From: Thermodesulfobacteriota bacterium
GTDB lineage: Bacteria > Desulfobacterota_D > UBA1144 > Nemesobacterales > JAJCZQ01
DNA length: 64,000 nucleotides
Direction: 5' to 3'
Assembly: GCA_965215275.1 (NCBI GenBank)
Contig: OZ244044.1
Span: 320,001 to 384,000 of the forward strand
Below are positions 40,240-51,574 of the stretch, piece after piece (positions within the stretch are counted from its first letter, which is position 1; each line of letters starts with the position of its first letter). The notes beneath the pieces were generated by a model, which was given only the letters and a program-made list of their open reading frames with translations, was not told where the DNA came from and searched no databases. The translations under genes were made by a program, and so were the position numbers.

Positions 40240-41394
40240 TTACATAGGTTCAGAGAGCGTCTGTCTTGCGACCACGATCCTCTGTATTTCAGATGTACCC
40301 TCGTATATTTCAGTTATTTTGGCATCCCTGAAATAACGTTCCACGGGATAATCCGTTGTATATCCATTGCCTCCATGCACCTGAATGGCCTTAGTGGCCG
40401 ACCACATGGCGGTCTCCGAAGCATATAATTTGGACATAGCGGAATACTTAGTGTATTTCTCACCCCTGTCTTTCATCATTGCCGCCTTGTATGCAAGCAG
40501 CCGTGAGGCTTCCACCCTTGTTGCCATATCCGCAAGCACGAACTGTATACCCTGAAAGTTAGATATCGGCTCACCAAAAGCCTTTCTTTCACCTGAGTAT
40601 TCCACTGATGCGTCAAGTGAAGCCTGTGCTATTCCTACCGCCTGTGCCGCAACCCCTATCCTTCCTCCATCAAGCGTTTTCATCGCAACCTTAAATCCCT
40701 CACCTTCCTTACCGAGAACGGAACCTGCCGGCAGCCGACATCCCTCAAAGACAAGCTGCGTGGTGCTGGTACCCCTTATGCCGAGTTTATGCTCCGATTT
40801 GCCGAGAGAAACGCCCGGCGTTGCTTCCAGATCAACGATGAACGCAGTAAGTCCTCTGCTCCCTTTTGACCTATCGGTTTTTGCAAAAAGAATAACCACC
40901 CCTGCTTCGGCACCGTTAGTGATCCAGCTCTTTACCCCGTTTACAACATAATGATCACCTTCCCTTACTGCACTCGTTCTTATACTTGCTGCATCAGAAC
41001 CTGATTCCGACTCGCTCAAGGCAAAACACCCTATCACGCCGCCCCTGGAGAGTCCGGGAAGGTACTTTTTCTTCTGCTCCTCCGTACCAAAGTCCAGTAT
41101 CGGGGCACATCCCAGAGAGTTATGTGCCATAACGATCGTCCCGGTTGACGCACAGACCTTTGATATCTCTTCAACCGCGATTATATAGGACAGGTAGTCA
41201 AGTCCGCTGCCACCGTATCTTTCCGGTACGAAATGTCCCATGAACCCCAGATCAAAGAGCTTTTTAACAAGCTCTGCAGGGAACGTGGAGTTCCTGTCGG
41301 TCTCAGAGGCAAGCGGCCTGATCTCTTTCTCTGCAAAATCAGAGGCGAGGTCCTTTATCATCTTCTGTTCTTCTGTAAAACTTGAACTGAGCAT
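40240..41394 (-). CDS. Short-chain acyl-CoA dehydrogenase
   Basis: [34 protein letters not shown]. Confidence 0.93.
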   Translation of the reverse strand: MLSSSFTEEQKMIKDLASDFAEKEIRPLASETDRNSTFPAELVKKLFDLGFMGHFVPERYGGSGLDYLSYIIAVEEISKVCASTGTIVMAHNSLGCAPILDFGTEEQKKKYLPGLSRGGVIGCFALSESESGSDAASIRTSAVREGDHYVVNGVKSWITNGAEAGVVILFAKTDRSKGSRGLTAFIVDLEATPGVSLGKSEHKLGIRGTSTTQLVFEGCRLPAGSVLGKEGEGFKVAMKTLDGGRIGVAAQAVGIAQASLDASVEYSGERKAFGEPISNFQGIQFVLADMATRVEASRLLAYKAAMMKDRGEKYTKYSAMSKLYASETAMWSATKAIQVHGGNGYTTDYPVERYFRDAKITEIYEGTSEIQRIVVARQTLSEPM

Positions 41395-41565
41395 TGTTTT
41401 ATAAACCTTTTTGCTTGGTGACCGGGTAGCTGGTGGATAAGGAAGATTATAATGCAATCCGGCAGGCAGGTAAAGCAAAAGTTCTTACAGGAAAAGGGAC
41501 TAAAGACCCTGAACTGGTCAGTAAAGAGGAATAAAACCCACTGACCACGAGACGGGACCGAGATC

Positions 41566-41955
41566 TTATGAACCTCGTTTAAGTTCAAACCCCTTGACGA
41601 CCGCGTAAGCGATCAGGGCAAAGACAAAGACGACCAGATACATCAGGACAATGCTCTGAAGCGTATCAATGATCGTACGGTATATCTCCAGCATCCATCT
41701 CTCGGAGTTCAGCACCAGGACCTCTATATCTTTATTCGGCAGGCTAATGTATTTTTCAAGCTGATAGATCCTGGTACCACCTGATATCCCGACAACAAAC
41801 GCTGCAAAGTTTATATATCTGCTCCACTCTCTGCTGATCTCGTCCTGTATGATCCTGTGAAGGATCGCAGCGATCGGTCTGTCAAAAAGTCTAATGACCC
41901 CGTAAGTAACCGCCGCCGATAGGAAAAGCTTTATGAACAGTAATGAAAAGAACAT
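41566..41955 (-). CDS. Hypothetical membrane protein
   Basis: Three hydrophobic segments; GGAG RBS. Confidence 0.7.
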   Translation of the reverse strand: MFFSLLFIKLFLSAAVTYGVIRLFDRPIAAILHRIIQDEISREWSRYINFAAFVVGISGGTRIYQLEKYISLPNKDIEVLVLNSERWMLEIYRTIIDTLQSIVLMYLVVFVFALIAYAVVKGFELKRGS

Positions 41956-42036
41956 AATTACTCCTTTATGACATTATAATACTTACCACAACCGGCATGT
42001 AAAAGTAAACTGCCTTTCATTGCTTTTATCGATCAA

Positions 42037-43152
42037 TTATTTATTAGGTAAGGGAGTGGGAGCTTCTACCTGCTGCATCAGGTCGTTGTTCCACTTACCT
42101 CTAACTCTGACGTGTGCAACTGCACCTAACATGAAGGCCTCTATTAAGTTATGCGAAAGATAAGCATACAGGCCCGGCTGTCTGAACTTATAGGTAAATA
42201 CCCCGGCGGAACCGGCGGCGATCACCCAGCTCTCGATGTTTTTCTGCGGGGTATCCGCTATGTTGCCCCTTTCCCAGACGTAGTCCCCGTGCCCACCTAT
42301 CAGATGAGGGTAAGATTGCCTGTTGGCCTGAGAATGTACAAATAACACGGTTTCCCCTACTTCAGCGGTAAGAGCGTTCTTACCCGTTAACGCTCCTTTT
42401 TTCTCACCAAAGACGACGTGAGTTGGGATCAGGCCCTGCATTACCTGCAGGTCTTCCGCCAGAGAGGCTATGGGGTTCGGATACCTTTTGTAATTCCCGT
42501 TTTTATCTCTGGGAAGGTAATAATCCTGTTCACCAATATAATAAGCTCTGTCGTATCGTAGTAAATTGCCTTTATCGTCCTTTAAACCATCTCTTGGCAG
42601 TACTAAAACGGCTCCGTTCATGCCATGAACCACGTGCCAGGGAACCATTATCCCACCCGGAGCACAGTGATAGATAAAGGCACCGACCTTGGTTGCTTTC
42701 CAGCGCAGGACCACTTTTTCGCCCGGATTGACGAGAGTGAGCTCTCCACCACCCAAAGCACCCGTAGAGGCATGAAAATCTATATTGTGCGGGAGCATAT
42801 TGGTTTTTGGATTAACTAAGGTCAGTTCAATATAATCTCCTTCGTGAGCGACTATTATGGGACCCGGCACGCTTCCATTGTAGGTAAAGGCCCACATATA
42901 AACACCTGGTTCAACTTCGATCTCTTTTTCCTCTATGACCATTTCCACTTGTATGATCCTGGGTTTGCCTTGTGCAATCTGATCATGTTTTGGCAGAAAG
43001 GGAGGAGCTACTAGGTCCAGCTTTACTTTTTTCAATCCTTTAATATCGGCCTGCTGACCAACTTTATAGCCCTTTAGTCCACCTTCCGCGTTAACACATG
43101 AAGCAGATACTGTGAAGAATCCCAAAACAAGAAGCAAATAGATCATTTTCAT
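42037..43152 (-). CDS. nirK: Copper-containing nitrite reductase
   Basis: HNIDFH, YHCAP...WHV..GM, PHLIGGH, SHNLIEA; signal peptide. Confidence 0.95.
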   Translation of the reverse strand: MKMIYLLLVLGFFTVSASCVNAEGGLKGYKVGQQADIKGLKKVKLDLVAPPFLPKHDQIAQGKPRIIQVEMVIEEKEIEVEPGVYMWAFTYNGSVPGPIIVAHEGDYIELTLVNPKTNMLPHNIDFHASTGALGGGELTLVNPGEKVVLRWKATKVGAFIYHCAPGGIMVPWHVVHGMNGAVLVLPRDGLKDDKGNLLRYDRAYYIGEQDYYLPRDKNGNYKRYPNPIASLAEDLQVMQGLIPTHVVFGEKKGALTGKNALTAEVGETVLFVHSQANRQSYPHLIGGHGDYVWERGNIADTPQKNIESWVIAAGSAGVFTYKFRQPGLYAYLSHNLIEAFMLGAVAHVRVRGKWNNDLMQQVEAPTPLPNK

Positions 43153-43581
43153 GACAAAATCCTCCTTGAAAATAATAAAATTCAACTCAATCTCGGAAGT
43201 GAACGACTTAATCCCTTGTTAGGTAAGTCCAAAGGTAAGTTTTTTATAATACTACGTTCTTCTGTCAAATTTGAGATAAATATTGCTTGACGATCAAGGA
43301 GTTGGTACATGTAGGGAATTATAGTGCGGTTTGATCGGTAGGTAAAGAAAAATTGAAAAATTAACGCAGCAAGAAATTGTATTCCAAGATATGAAAAATG
43401 AAGTTAGGAAGGAAATGGATATCTTTTATATGATTTGTTATGTTATTTTTGATACATATCATCTGACCCGGAATGAACTGGGTTCACCTATGAGAATATT
43501 TAATTTATTCAATGGTAAACAACAATATCAACATACTCCAATTAATTTTGGCCAAAAAACTATACAAGTTAGGAAGTAACA

Positions 43582-46158
43582 ATGATAAAAATCAAACTTT
43601 TTTACAGTTATAACCATACAGATGAGAAACATAGAGACGAGCTAGAAAAACATCTTTCAACACTAAAAGATGAAGGAAAAATTGATCAGTGGCACGATAG
43701 GAAAATAACGGCGGGATCTAATATTCATCAAGCGATAGATGATAATATGGAAACCGCTCATATAATTTTGTTGCTACTTAGTGCTGATTTTATAAGTTCT
43801 CCTGAATGTCAAAAAGAAATTAAAAAGGCTTTTAAATTAAAAGAAGAAAAAAATATTACGCTAATTCCAATCATTGTAAGACCTTGTTCATGGAAAGATA
43901 TCAATGGCGGTAAACTTAAAAGACTTTTAGCACTCCCACGCGATGGAAAATCTGTAACAGAATGGGATGATAAAGACTCTGCTTGGCTAAATGTATATGA
44001 GGAATTAAAAAAAGTGATTGAAAAAGTGGAAAAGGAAATTAAACCAACCATTAAAGATGAGTTTAAAGTAAAAGAACTATTGTATAACCCAATCACACAA
44101 GACCCATTGGACAAATTATTTATTTATCCTGATCTTTCAGATTCAGAAAATGACAAGACTCTAAATATAGAAAACAATGAAGTTAGTTCTAAAGAATTAA
44201 ACAACTTAAATACTTTTAGTTCTCCTTATGTTCTTATTGATGGTGAAGAACAAAGCGGAAAAACCTCATTATGTAATATGCTGTTTTTGAATTACCTGGA
44301 CTCGGGATTTCATCCCATACTAATTAAGGGTAATAAAATTACTGGTAACGGAGACATTCCAAAAATTACTGATTTTAATTACAGAAATCAATATGATTCT
44401 AATAATAATTATAGTGACATAAGTCAAGAAAAAAGAATTTTATTTATTGATGATATTGATGAACATAAATTAAAAGATAAACATTTTAATGCTTTCATTT
44501 TATCAATTCACAAATATTTTGATAAGGCCATTATTTTTATTCACACACTATCCGACCTATGTAACAAAATCTCAAAGCACAATTATTTTTTCTATTTTAA
44601 ACATTTTTCTATTAAATCTTTTGGACACAAAAAAAGGGATGAACTTATTAAAAGGTGTATATCCATTGATGAAGGAATGGAATTTGACATTGAAAATCCT
44701 GAGCAACTGGAAAGGCGAGATAAAAACACTAAAAATGTCGATACTATTATTGGAACTAATATTGTCCCAAGTTACCCGTTTTTTATTATTACTATTTTTC
44801 ACACTTTTGAATCTGCAACAAACCAGAATTTATCACAAACATCCTACGGACATTGCTACTATGCAATGATAACAATGCAACTATGTAAATCTGGAATTAA
44901 ACCCAAAGATGTAGATTCATACTTTAATTTTCTTACAAGACTTGCCTACTTAATGTTTTATAAAGAATCAAAAACCATTTCTGAAAATGAGTTGGAAGAA
45001 TTTAGAGCAACTTATAGTGAAGAATTTGTTGCTTCGCAGAACTTTGTTAAAAAACTCGCGGAGGTAAACATCTTAAAAGTAAAAGAAGGCACGTATAGCT
45101 TCGGATATATATACATATATTACTATTTCGTTGCCAAATATATTGCAGGGAAAATTGCAAAAGATGATTTAATAAAGCAAAAGTTTCTATCTTTGATGTC
45201 TGACATTCATCTGAAAGATAACGCCAATATTGTCATTTTTGTTACTCATCATATAAAAGATAAAGATGTGCTGGACGATATTATATTGAGTGCTATGGAG
45301 ATATTTGATAAATTCCCTGAGGCAACACTCTCGGGTGATGAAAAGAATTTTATTGAAGAAATAAATAAAATGTTAAGACTTCATCAGCTACCTCCAACTA
45401 AACATGACCCAGAAAAAGAAAGAGATAAAACTCTAATAATTAAAGATAGTATAGAACCAATTGTTAATAAGCATAGAGAACAACAGGAATATAATGAAAA
45501 CAAGTCGTTAGTTGAAATTAGAAAAGCAGCAAAAAGCATAGAAATTATTGGTCAAATCTTGAAAAATCAATACGGTTCATTGGAAAAAAATACTCTAAAA
45601 TTTTTATTTTTAGAAGGACAAAATGTTGGTTTGAGATTGTTGAAAAGTTTTATGGAAATTATGTTACAAGAAAAAGATAAATTAGAAGAAATTGTTAGAT
45701 CTGACTTGGAAAAAACATATAAAAAAGAGAAGAATTTAACAAGTGAACAAATCAATCATAAATCTAAGAAAATTATCAATATGTTTTCTTATTTTGTTAT
45801 TTTTGGATGGTTACACAAAATCGTTAATTCTTTAGGATACAATGAACTTATTAAAATAGCTGATGAAGTCAATTCAGAAAACAAAACAGTTGCTTCTCAA
45901 CTAATTAATCTATATATCAATACTTGGTACACAAAGAAACTAAATTTCAAAAAAATAAAGTCTCTGCATGGAGATTTTAAAAAAGATAAGAACAATCAAG
46001 CTATATATATTCTCAAAGACATAGTTTCTCACTATATTTATATGCATCCAGTCAAATTTAGCGATAAGCAGAAAATTGCAGAACTTTTAGGATTCTCCGT
46101 GCAAAATCAAGTATCAAGACAACAAAAATTTGGATTAATACCAAAAAAGAATAGTTAA
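43582..46158 (+). CDS. TIR domain + P-loop (STAND-like) NTPase, probable defence protein
   Basis: FYSYNHTD...WHD...LLSADFISSPECQKE (TIR); Walker A GEEQSGKT, Walker B ILFIDD; very AT-rich. Confidence 0.8.
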   Translation: MIKIKLFYSYNHTDEKHRDELEKHLSTLKDEGKIDQWHDRKITAGSNIHQAIDDNMETAHIILLLLSADFISSPECQKEIKKAFKLKEEKNITLIPIIVRPCSWKDINGGKLKRLLALPRDGKSVTEWDDKDSAWLNVYEELKKVIEKVEKEIKPTIKDEFKVKELLYNPITQDPLDKLFIYPDLSDSENDKTLNIENNEVSSKELNNLNTFSSPYVLIDGEEQSGKTSLCNMLFLNYLDSGFHPILIKGNKITGNGDIPKITDFNYRNQYDSNNNYSDISQEKRILFIDDIDEHKLKDKHFNAFILSIHKYFDKAIIFIHTLSDLCNKISKHNYFFYFKHFSIKSFGHKKRDELIKRCISIDEGMEFDIENPEQLERRDKNTKNVDTIIGTNIVPSYPFFIITIFHTFESATNQNLSQTSYGHCYYAMITMQLCKSGIKPKDVDSYFNFLTRLAYLMFYKESKTISENELEEFRATYSEEFVASQNFVKKLAEVNILKVKEGTYSFGYIYIYYYFVAKYIAGKIAKDDLIKQKFLSLMSDIHLKDNANIVIFVTHHIKDKDVLDDIILSAMEIFDKFPEATLSGDEKNFIEEINKMLRLHQLPPTKHDPEKERDKTLIIKDSIEPIVNKHREQQEYNENKSLVEIRKAAKSIEIIGQILKNQYGSLEKNTLKFLFLEGQNVGLRLLKSFMEIMLQEKDKLEEIVRSDLEKTYKKEKNLTSEQINHKSKKIINMFSYFVIFGWLHKIVNSLGYNELIKIADEVNSENKTVASQLINLYINTWYTKKLNFKKIKSLHGDFKKDKNNQAIYILKDIVSHYIYMHPVKFSDKQKIAELLGFSVQNQVSRQQKFGLIPKKNS

Positions 46159-46246
46159 ACTTACAGAAAAATTCATAATTAACAGAAAATTTTTCTACAG
46201 CCTAAGATGACCAATATATCAAATATTGTGGAATCAATCCGTAAGA

Positions 46247-46432
46247 TTAGACATAAAAACGATTGGAAACTGATGTAGAATCTGAGGTAGTAACTTCTAT
46301 ATTTTCAACTTTTCTCTTTGACAAATTGTATGACAAATCTATCAAACTTTTTAAGTTGGGAGACAAGTACTTTTCCATTTTGGCAAGCAGTTCCTCCAGT
46401 TGAAATTCTATATTCTTGTTCTTTTTATCCAT
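46247..46432 (-). CDS. Small hypothetical protein
   Basis: 61-aa ORF with GGGG RBS. Confidence 0.4.
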   Translation of the reverse strand: MDKKNKNIEFQLEELLAKMEKYLSPNLKSLIDLSYNLSKRKVENIEVTTSDSTSVSNRFYV

Positions 46433-46572
46433 GTTTATAACCCCCTAAAAGTAATTCATCTATTATATATTGCGTGTTAATCAAAATCTTTAAACATATA
46501 ACTTATAAAATATTCCTCGCTGAATGGTTTCACCAATAACTCTTATTCTTTCCATGAACTAATCAAGGGAAT

Positions 46573-47955
46573 TCATAAGCCAGCCATATACAAATCAGCA
46601 AAAGGTTTGGTTAGTTCCTGCTTAATAGCCGCTATTTTATCATTGAAATCCTGCCCTTCCATTTCTTCATTATCAATTGGAAATTTATTCAAGGCAAACA
46701 AACATTCATCATCAGGGTTTTTCTTTACACGTACCTCCAACCACTTGAGAATATCTGCACTATGAGTGGCAATAACAACGTTCACCCCTCCTTTTGCCAG
46801 TTCAAACAAAGTCTCAGCCATGATCACCTGCCAAGACGGGTGCAAGTGTGCTTCTGGTTCATCAATGAAAAGAAAAGAACCTTTATCTATGACTTTGCGT
46901 TCAATAAGTAAGGCAAGTATACCGAGATTAACAACTCCCATAGCAGCCAGATGCAACGAAAAACTGCGTCCATTTTCCTGAAAACTTAACTCACCAATTT
47001 CAGAAATTGTAAGTTTTCCACCTATAACTTCTTTTGAAGTTAATTTTTCATACAACTCAGAAAAAGCTACATCCCCAGAATATTCCTCTTTCAGTGCTTC
47101 CGCCAAATCGTAAAAGTAACCTGGCACTCCAGTTAATCTTTGCCTTTCTGAAGATGAATAATAAAAACGGGGATTTATTCTACTGTTTTCCAATGCGGAT
47201 TTTAACTTCCAATATATGGGCGATTCAAGATATATGACTTTGGAATAATCCTGGAGTTGCCTAAGTCCAGTCCTTTCAATATTACAACGAACAAGATCAC
47301 CGTTTTGAAACTCAAATGTGCCAACATTATCAATAACGATTTTGGAAGCATCTTCTTTCCGCATTCTCATAGATGAGAAACTCGCCACTTGAAAATTGTC
47401 GATTAAATTCCCATAGACCTTGTTTTGTATGCCGTTTATAACGAATTCCTCAGCATTTGTTTTTTGGATTTCTTCATATAGTCGACCCAATTCCCTCTCT
47501 AAATCCTCTATGTCTCTTTTTATAACATCATTTTGCTCTGATAAAGGCCGCCATTGAACATCTTCTTTAAATTTTTCACACAGCTTCTTCAAACTGACCA
47601 CAGAAGTGCGAATCTTGGGTAGCTGTTCGTCAATTTCCTCAAAATCATCAATGGAACATGACTTAATTAGTTCCTCCATCTTTTTTATCTCGTCATTGAA
47701 AACAGACAATGAAAAATCGTTGCTCTTGTTATTCCATGTTCCCAATCTATCCAGACTGTACCGCAAAGGAGCTACTAAATCGTTAAAACATACTAAAGCA
47801 TGATCAGCATTCATACCGTCAAACAGCGAATACAGTAATTTTGATATGGTACTTTTGCTCGTATTGTTTGGTCCTGCAAATACAGTAAACTGCCCGATAC
47901 GAATTTCTGCATCAGACAATTTACCAAAATTTTCCACTTTGAGATTGAATGGCAT
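46573..47955 (-). CDS. AAA_15/AAA_21-type ABC-fold ATPase (defence-associated)
   Basis: VENFGK, GPNNTSKST, IDEPEAHLHP, IATHS. Confidence 0.85.
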   Translation of the reverse strand: MPFNLKVENFGKLSDAEIRIGQFTVFAGPNNTSKSTISKLLYSLFDGMNADHALVCFNDLVAPLRYSLDRLGTWNNKSNDFSLSVFNDEIKKMEELIKSCSIDDFEEIDEQLPKIRTSVVSLKKLCEKFKEDVQWRPLSEQNDVIKRDIEDLERELGRLYEEIQKTNAEEFVINGIQNKVYGNLIDNFQVASFSSMRMRKEDASKIVIDNVGTFEFQNGDLVRCNIERTGLRQLQDYSKVIYLESPIYWKLKSALENSRINPRFYYSSSERQRLTGVPGYFYDLAEALKEEYSGDVAFSELYEKLTSKEVIGGKLTISEIGELSFQENGRSFSLHLAAMGVVNLGILALLIERKVIDKGSFLFIDEPEAHLHPSWQVIMAETLFELAKGGVNVVIATHSADILKWLEVRVKKNPDDECLFALNKFPIDNEEMEGQDFNDKIAAIKQELTKPFADLYMAGL

Positions 47956-47972
47956 TTTTTCTAAAAACAGTC

Positions 47973-48062
47973 TCAATATAACGGTGTATTACGATAATGG
48001 GACTCTCTATACAAATTGGCAAAAATAAAGATATTAGAATCAACGCAGAAATGACCGTTCAT
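47973..48062 (-). pseudogene. Truncated PIN-like (DUF4411-type) gene
   Basis: ATGA-coupled to the ImmA gene; MNGHFCVDSNIFI, stop after 29 aa. Confidence 0.5.
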
Positions 48063-49192
48063 AACCTTTTTTCTAATTCTTTGACTTGAGGTACGAGCTT
48101 TAGATCAAAGGATTTGCACAATCTATGCAAACCTATCTCTTCGTTGTAGTAAGCCTGAAAAAGTGCCTTAGTATAAATTTGCCCAAATTGATCAAAAGCC
48201 TCTTTCGCTCTATCTCTCGACGGTCCGCTCTCTTTCTTCTTTAGCTGATCTTGCATATTCGAGTATTCTATTTTCAGTTCTTTCTCAAATTCCAAATACT
48301 CTTCCTGGCTGATAATTTGCAAAGTTTGCAATCTGACAAGACATGCATACTTGCTGACATGAAATTTGTCAGCAAGTTTTTTCATACCTCGAATGTCGCT
48401 TATTTGGCTACCGGTAACTTCTTTCAAAAAATTCTCTGCAGGCATCAACACTTCACCTGCAAATTGATCACACTCCTTTTCCACCTCTTCATCGTGGACA
48501 TTCCAACCATCTATCTCATTTTCCTTTCTAATCAAATGTCCTAATTCATGTAACAAGGTGAAAGAGTATGCCTTCTTTGCATCGGAACTATTTACGATAA
48601 TAATAGGAAGTGTTGGGTGGTATGTTGATAATCCACGAAACTCCTCTTTTGCAACATGCGACCAACCCTTGTATTTGCTGGTCATAAAAACAAAAATCCC
48701 TTTTTGTTCAAGTTTTTCTTTCCAATCTGGAAATTCAAGGTTTTTGTCAACTCCCAGCCAGCTCCTAATCTTTTCTGCGTATTCTTTGTCCTTAAGGTTT
48801 GTTAATGGTTCAGGGGGCAAAAACGGAGATACAGGTTCATCCAAGTCCATCTGTATCTCAAGTATCAGACTGCGAAAGCGTTCCACTCGTGCTACGAGAC
48901 CACGCACTTTCCAGTTGGAAAATCTTGCAGGTCGTTTTACAAATTTGCGAAATACCGGTACGGATTTAGCAAAATCATATTTTTCCGGCAGTTTCTCTGA
49001 AACAAAGACCCACCGTGGTACTTTATATAATTCAGATAAGGTATCCAGCTGCTTGAAAGTTGGGTACTTTTCTCCCGCTTCAATATCTTTTATAAGAGGT
49101 ACTTTTTTTTCAACATGGTCAATATCCAGTGCCATCTGCTCACGGCACCTACACAATATATCAATGTTGACATTTTTAACTCTTATACTCAT
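48059..49192 (-). CDS. XRE-HTH + ImmA/IrrE metallopeptidase
   Basis: PTFKQL, FTLLHELGHL, EKECDQFAGEVLMP, FHVS. Confidence 0.9.
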   Translation of the reverse strand: MSIRVKNVNIDILCRCREQMALDIDHVEKKVPLIKDIEAGEKYPTFKQLDTLSELYKVPRWVFVSEKLPEKYDFAKSVPVFRKFVKRPARFSNWKVRGLVARVERFRSLILEIQMDLDEPVSPFLPPEPLTNLKDKEYAEKIRSWLGVDKNLEFPDWKEKLEQKGIFVFMTSKYKGWSHVAKEEFRGLSTYHPTLPIIIVNSSDAKKAYSFTLLHELGHLIRKENEIDGWNVHDEEVEKECDQFAGEVLMPAENFLKEVTGSQISDIRGMKKLADKFHVSKYACLVRLQTLQIISQEEYLEFEKELKIEYSNMQDQLKKKESGPSRDRAKEAFDQFGQIYTKALFQAYYNEEIGLHRLCKSFDLKLVPQVKELEKRL

Positions 49193-49462
49193 AAAACTAT
49201 TCTCACTCTCCTCGCTAGAGATATGATTTCATAAGAGAGATGAAGTGCATCTTTTATTGCTCAGTCATTTTGCAAGGTCTATCTTTTCGGTAATTCTATC
49301 TTTAAAAATTACACTGTCCGCCATGCATTTACGAATATCTTTGCCCAAGATATCTGGAAGTGATTCAGCTATGTCTAAATCAGTGGATAAATCATTGAAG
49401 GCGATCTTCAGTTTTGCATCTCTATATTGGTATGATCTAATACGTCACTCCAAAAAGACCTG

Positions 49463-49651
49463 CTACTTTATACAAATCGTGTTTGTTGTCAGTGGATTTT
49501 CCGGACTAGGGGGTGGAACTTCTACATAAACTTCACGTTGAAATATTGGTAACTTGTAGATCTCACTGACTTCCAAATATTGCTGATATAACTTTTTAAC
49601 TTCTTCCAGTGTTACCAGATAGTCATCCGAATTTTTCTGAACAGTTGACAT
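49463..49651 (-). CDS. Small hypothetical protein followed by a broken overlapping ORF (~49261-49470)
   Basis: GAGGAGG RBS; the downstream frame carries an internal stop. Confidence 0.45.
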   Translation of the reverse strand: MSTVQKNSDDYLVTLEEVKKLYQQYLEVSEIYKLPIFQREVYVEVPPPSPENPLTTNTICIK

Positions 49652-49835
49652 AACAACCTCCTCGGAACTATTTTAAAAACAAAACAATAATACTAATTTT
49701 AATCAATACATCTATATTAGCAATTACATCATTAACATTATTTGTCTAAGCCTATATGTACCATCTCGAGCTGAATTGACAACCCCTTAAAAAAGCTAAA
49801 TAATACTCAAAACCATCCCACACTGGAGAAAATAG

Positions 49836-51539
49836 TTGAGCAGGAAAAAAGAAGCTAACGATACGAACACCAGAAAATACTCCTCACTGGTCGTGGAAGG
49901 AGCAGATAAAGCTCCCAACAGGTCAATGTTAAGGGCGGTGGGTTTCAAAAAGGGGGATTTTAAAAAACCCGTTATTGGAATCGCCTCAACGTGGAGCATG
50001 GTCACCCCGTGCAATATGCACATAGACAAGCTTGCTCTTTATGCTTCAAAAGGTGCAGACAGAGCGGGTGGAAAGTCAATAATATTTAACACCATAACGG
50101 TATCGGACGGCATATCGATGGGAACTCCCGGAATGAGATATTCGCTCGTATCAAGGGAAGTAATAGCAGACTCTATCGAGACCGTTTCCGGAGCGGAAGG
50201 ATTTGACGGTCTGGTGGCGATCGGGGGATGTGATAAAAACATGCCGGGCTGTCTGATCGCACTTGCAAGGCTCAACAGACCTGCCGTTTTCGTTTACGGC
50301 GGAACGATAATGCCTGGGAATTATAATGGAAAGAACGTGGACATAGTATCGGTATTCGAAGCCGTAGGCTCCCATGCAAACAAAGAGATATCAGACGCAC
50401 AGCTGAACAAGATAGAGTCCTGTGCCATTCCAGGACCGGGATCATGTGGAGGGATGTACACGGCAAACACAATGGCTTCCGCCATTGAAGCCCTAGGCAT
50501 GAGCCTGCCGAACAGCTCGGCACAGGCGGCCATCTCGTCTGATAAGAAAGATGACTGCATAAGTGCTGGTAAAGCCGTGCTTAATTTACTGCAAAACAAC
50601 ATAAAGCCAAGGGATATAATGACCAGAAAAGCTTATGAGAACGCCATCACAGTCGTAATAGCGCTCGGAGGTTCAACAAATGCCGTTCTTCACCTGCTGG
50701 CAATGGCAAACGCCACTGGAGTAAAACTGACAATAGACGACTTTACACGAATTGGTAAAAAAACACCCGTTCTGGCCGACCTGAAACCAAGTGGCAGTTA
50801 CATGATGAGCGATTTCTGCAAGATCGGGGGACTGACCCCTCTTCTGAAGATACTTTTAAAGAACGGCCTTTTACATGGAGATTGCATGACCGTCACCGGA
50901 CGGACCGTGGCACAGAACCTCAAAAAGACCCGAAGCTATCCAAGGGGACAGAAAATCATCCAGGCATTTAATAAACCTGTAAAAAAAGACAGCCATATAG
51001 TTATCCTCAGAGGCAATCTTGCACCCCAAGGAGCGGTTGCAAAGATATCCGGACAGGAAGGCACGAAATTCAGTGGCAAAGCGATCGTTTTTAATTCAGA
51101 AGAAGCATCCCTCAAAGCTATCCTGAGCGGCAGGGTTAAAAAAGGACACATCATAGTTATAAGGTACGAGGGGCCAAAAGGAGGTCCGGGTATGAGAGAG
51201 ATGCTAAGCCCCACGTCCGCGGTCATGGGTAAAGGACTTGGTAACGACGTTGCCCTTATAACCGACGGCAGATTTTCAGGTGGTACGCACGGCTTTGTCG
51301 TCGGACACATAACTCCCGAGGCCTTTGAAGGAGGAGCAATTGCCCTCATAAAGAACGGAGACGAGATCACGATAGACTCGACAAAAAGAGAGATCAACCT
51401 GAACGTAACCGATAAAGAACTTTCCGAGAGAATGAAAAAATGGAACCCCCCGAAACCAAAGGAAACAAGAGGGGTCCTTGCCAAGTACGCAAGGCTCGTT
51501 TCCTCGGCGTCCGAAGGTGCGGTCACGGATCAGCATTGA
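49836..51539 (+). CDS. ilvD: Dihydroxy-acid dehydratase
   Basis: [36 protein letters not shown]. Confidence 0.97.
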   Translation: MSRKKEANDTNTRKYSSLVVEGADKAPNRSMLRAVGFKKGDFKKPVIGIASTWSMVTPCNMHIDKLALYASKGADRAGGKSIIFNTITVSDGISMGTPGMRYSLVSREVIADSIETVSGAEGFDGLVAIGGCDKNMPGCLIALARLNRPAVFVYGGTIMPGNYNGKNVDIVSVFEAVGSHANKEISDAQLNKIESCAIPGPGSCGGMYTANTMASAIEALGMSLPNSSAQAAISSDKKDDCISAGKAVLNLLQNNIKPRDIMTRKAYENAITVVIALGGSTNAVLHLLAMANATGVKLTIDDFTRIGKKTPVLADLKPSGSYMMSDFCKIGGLTPLLKILLKNGLLHGDCMTVTGRTVAQNLKKTRSYPRGQKIIQAFNKPVKKDSHIVILRGNLAPQGAVAKISGQEGTKFSGKAIVFNSEEASLKAILSGRVKKGHIIVIRYEGPKGGPGMREMLSPTSAVMGKGLGNDVALITDGRFSGGTHGFVVGHITPEAFEGGAIALIKNGDEITIDSTKREINLNVTDKELSERMKKWNPPKPKETRGVLAKYARLVSSASEGAVTDQH

Positions 51540-51574
51540 AATTGAAATCCATCCTCCGGCATGTATCTTAAAAG

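Noticed and set aside
43391..43579. 62-aa ORF upstream of the TIR gene as a partner
   Set aside because: No recognisable motif; may be a remnant or spurious.
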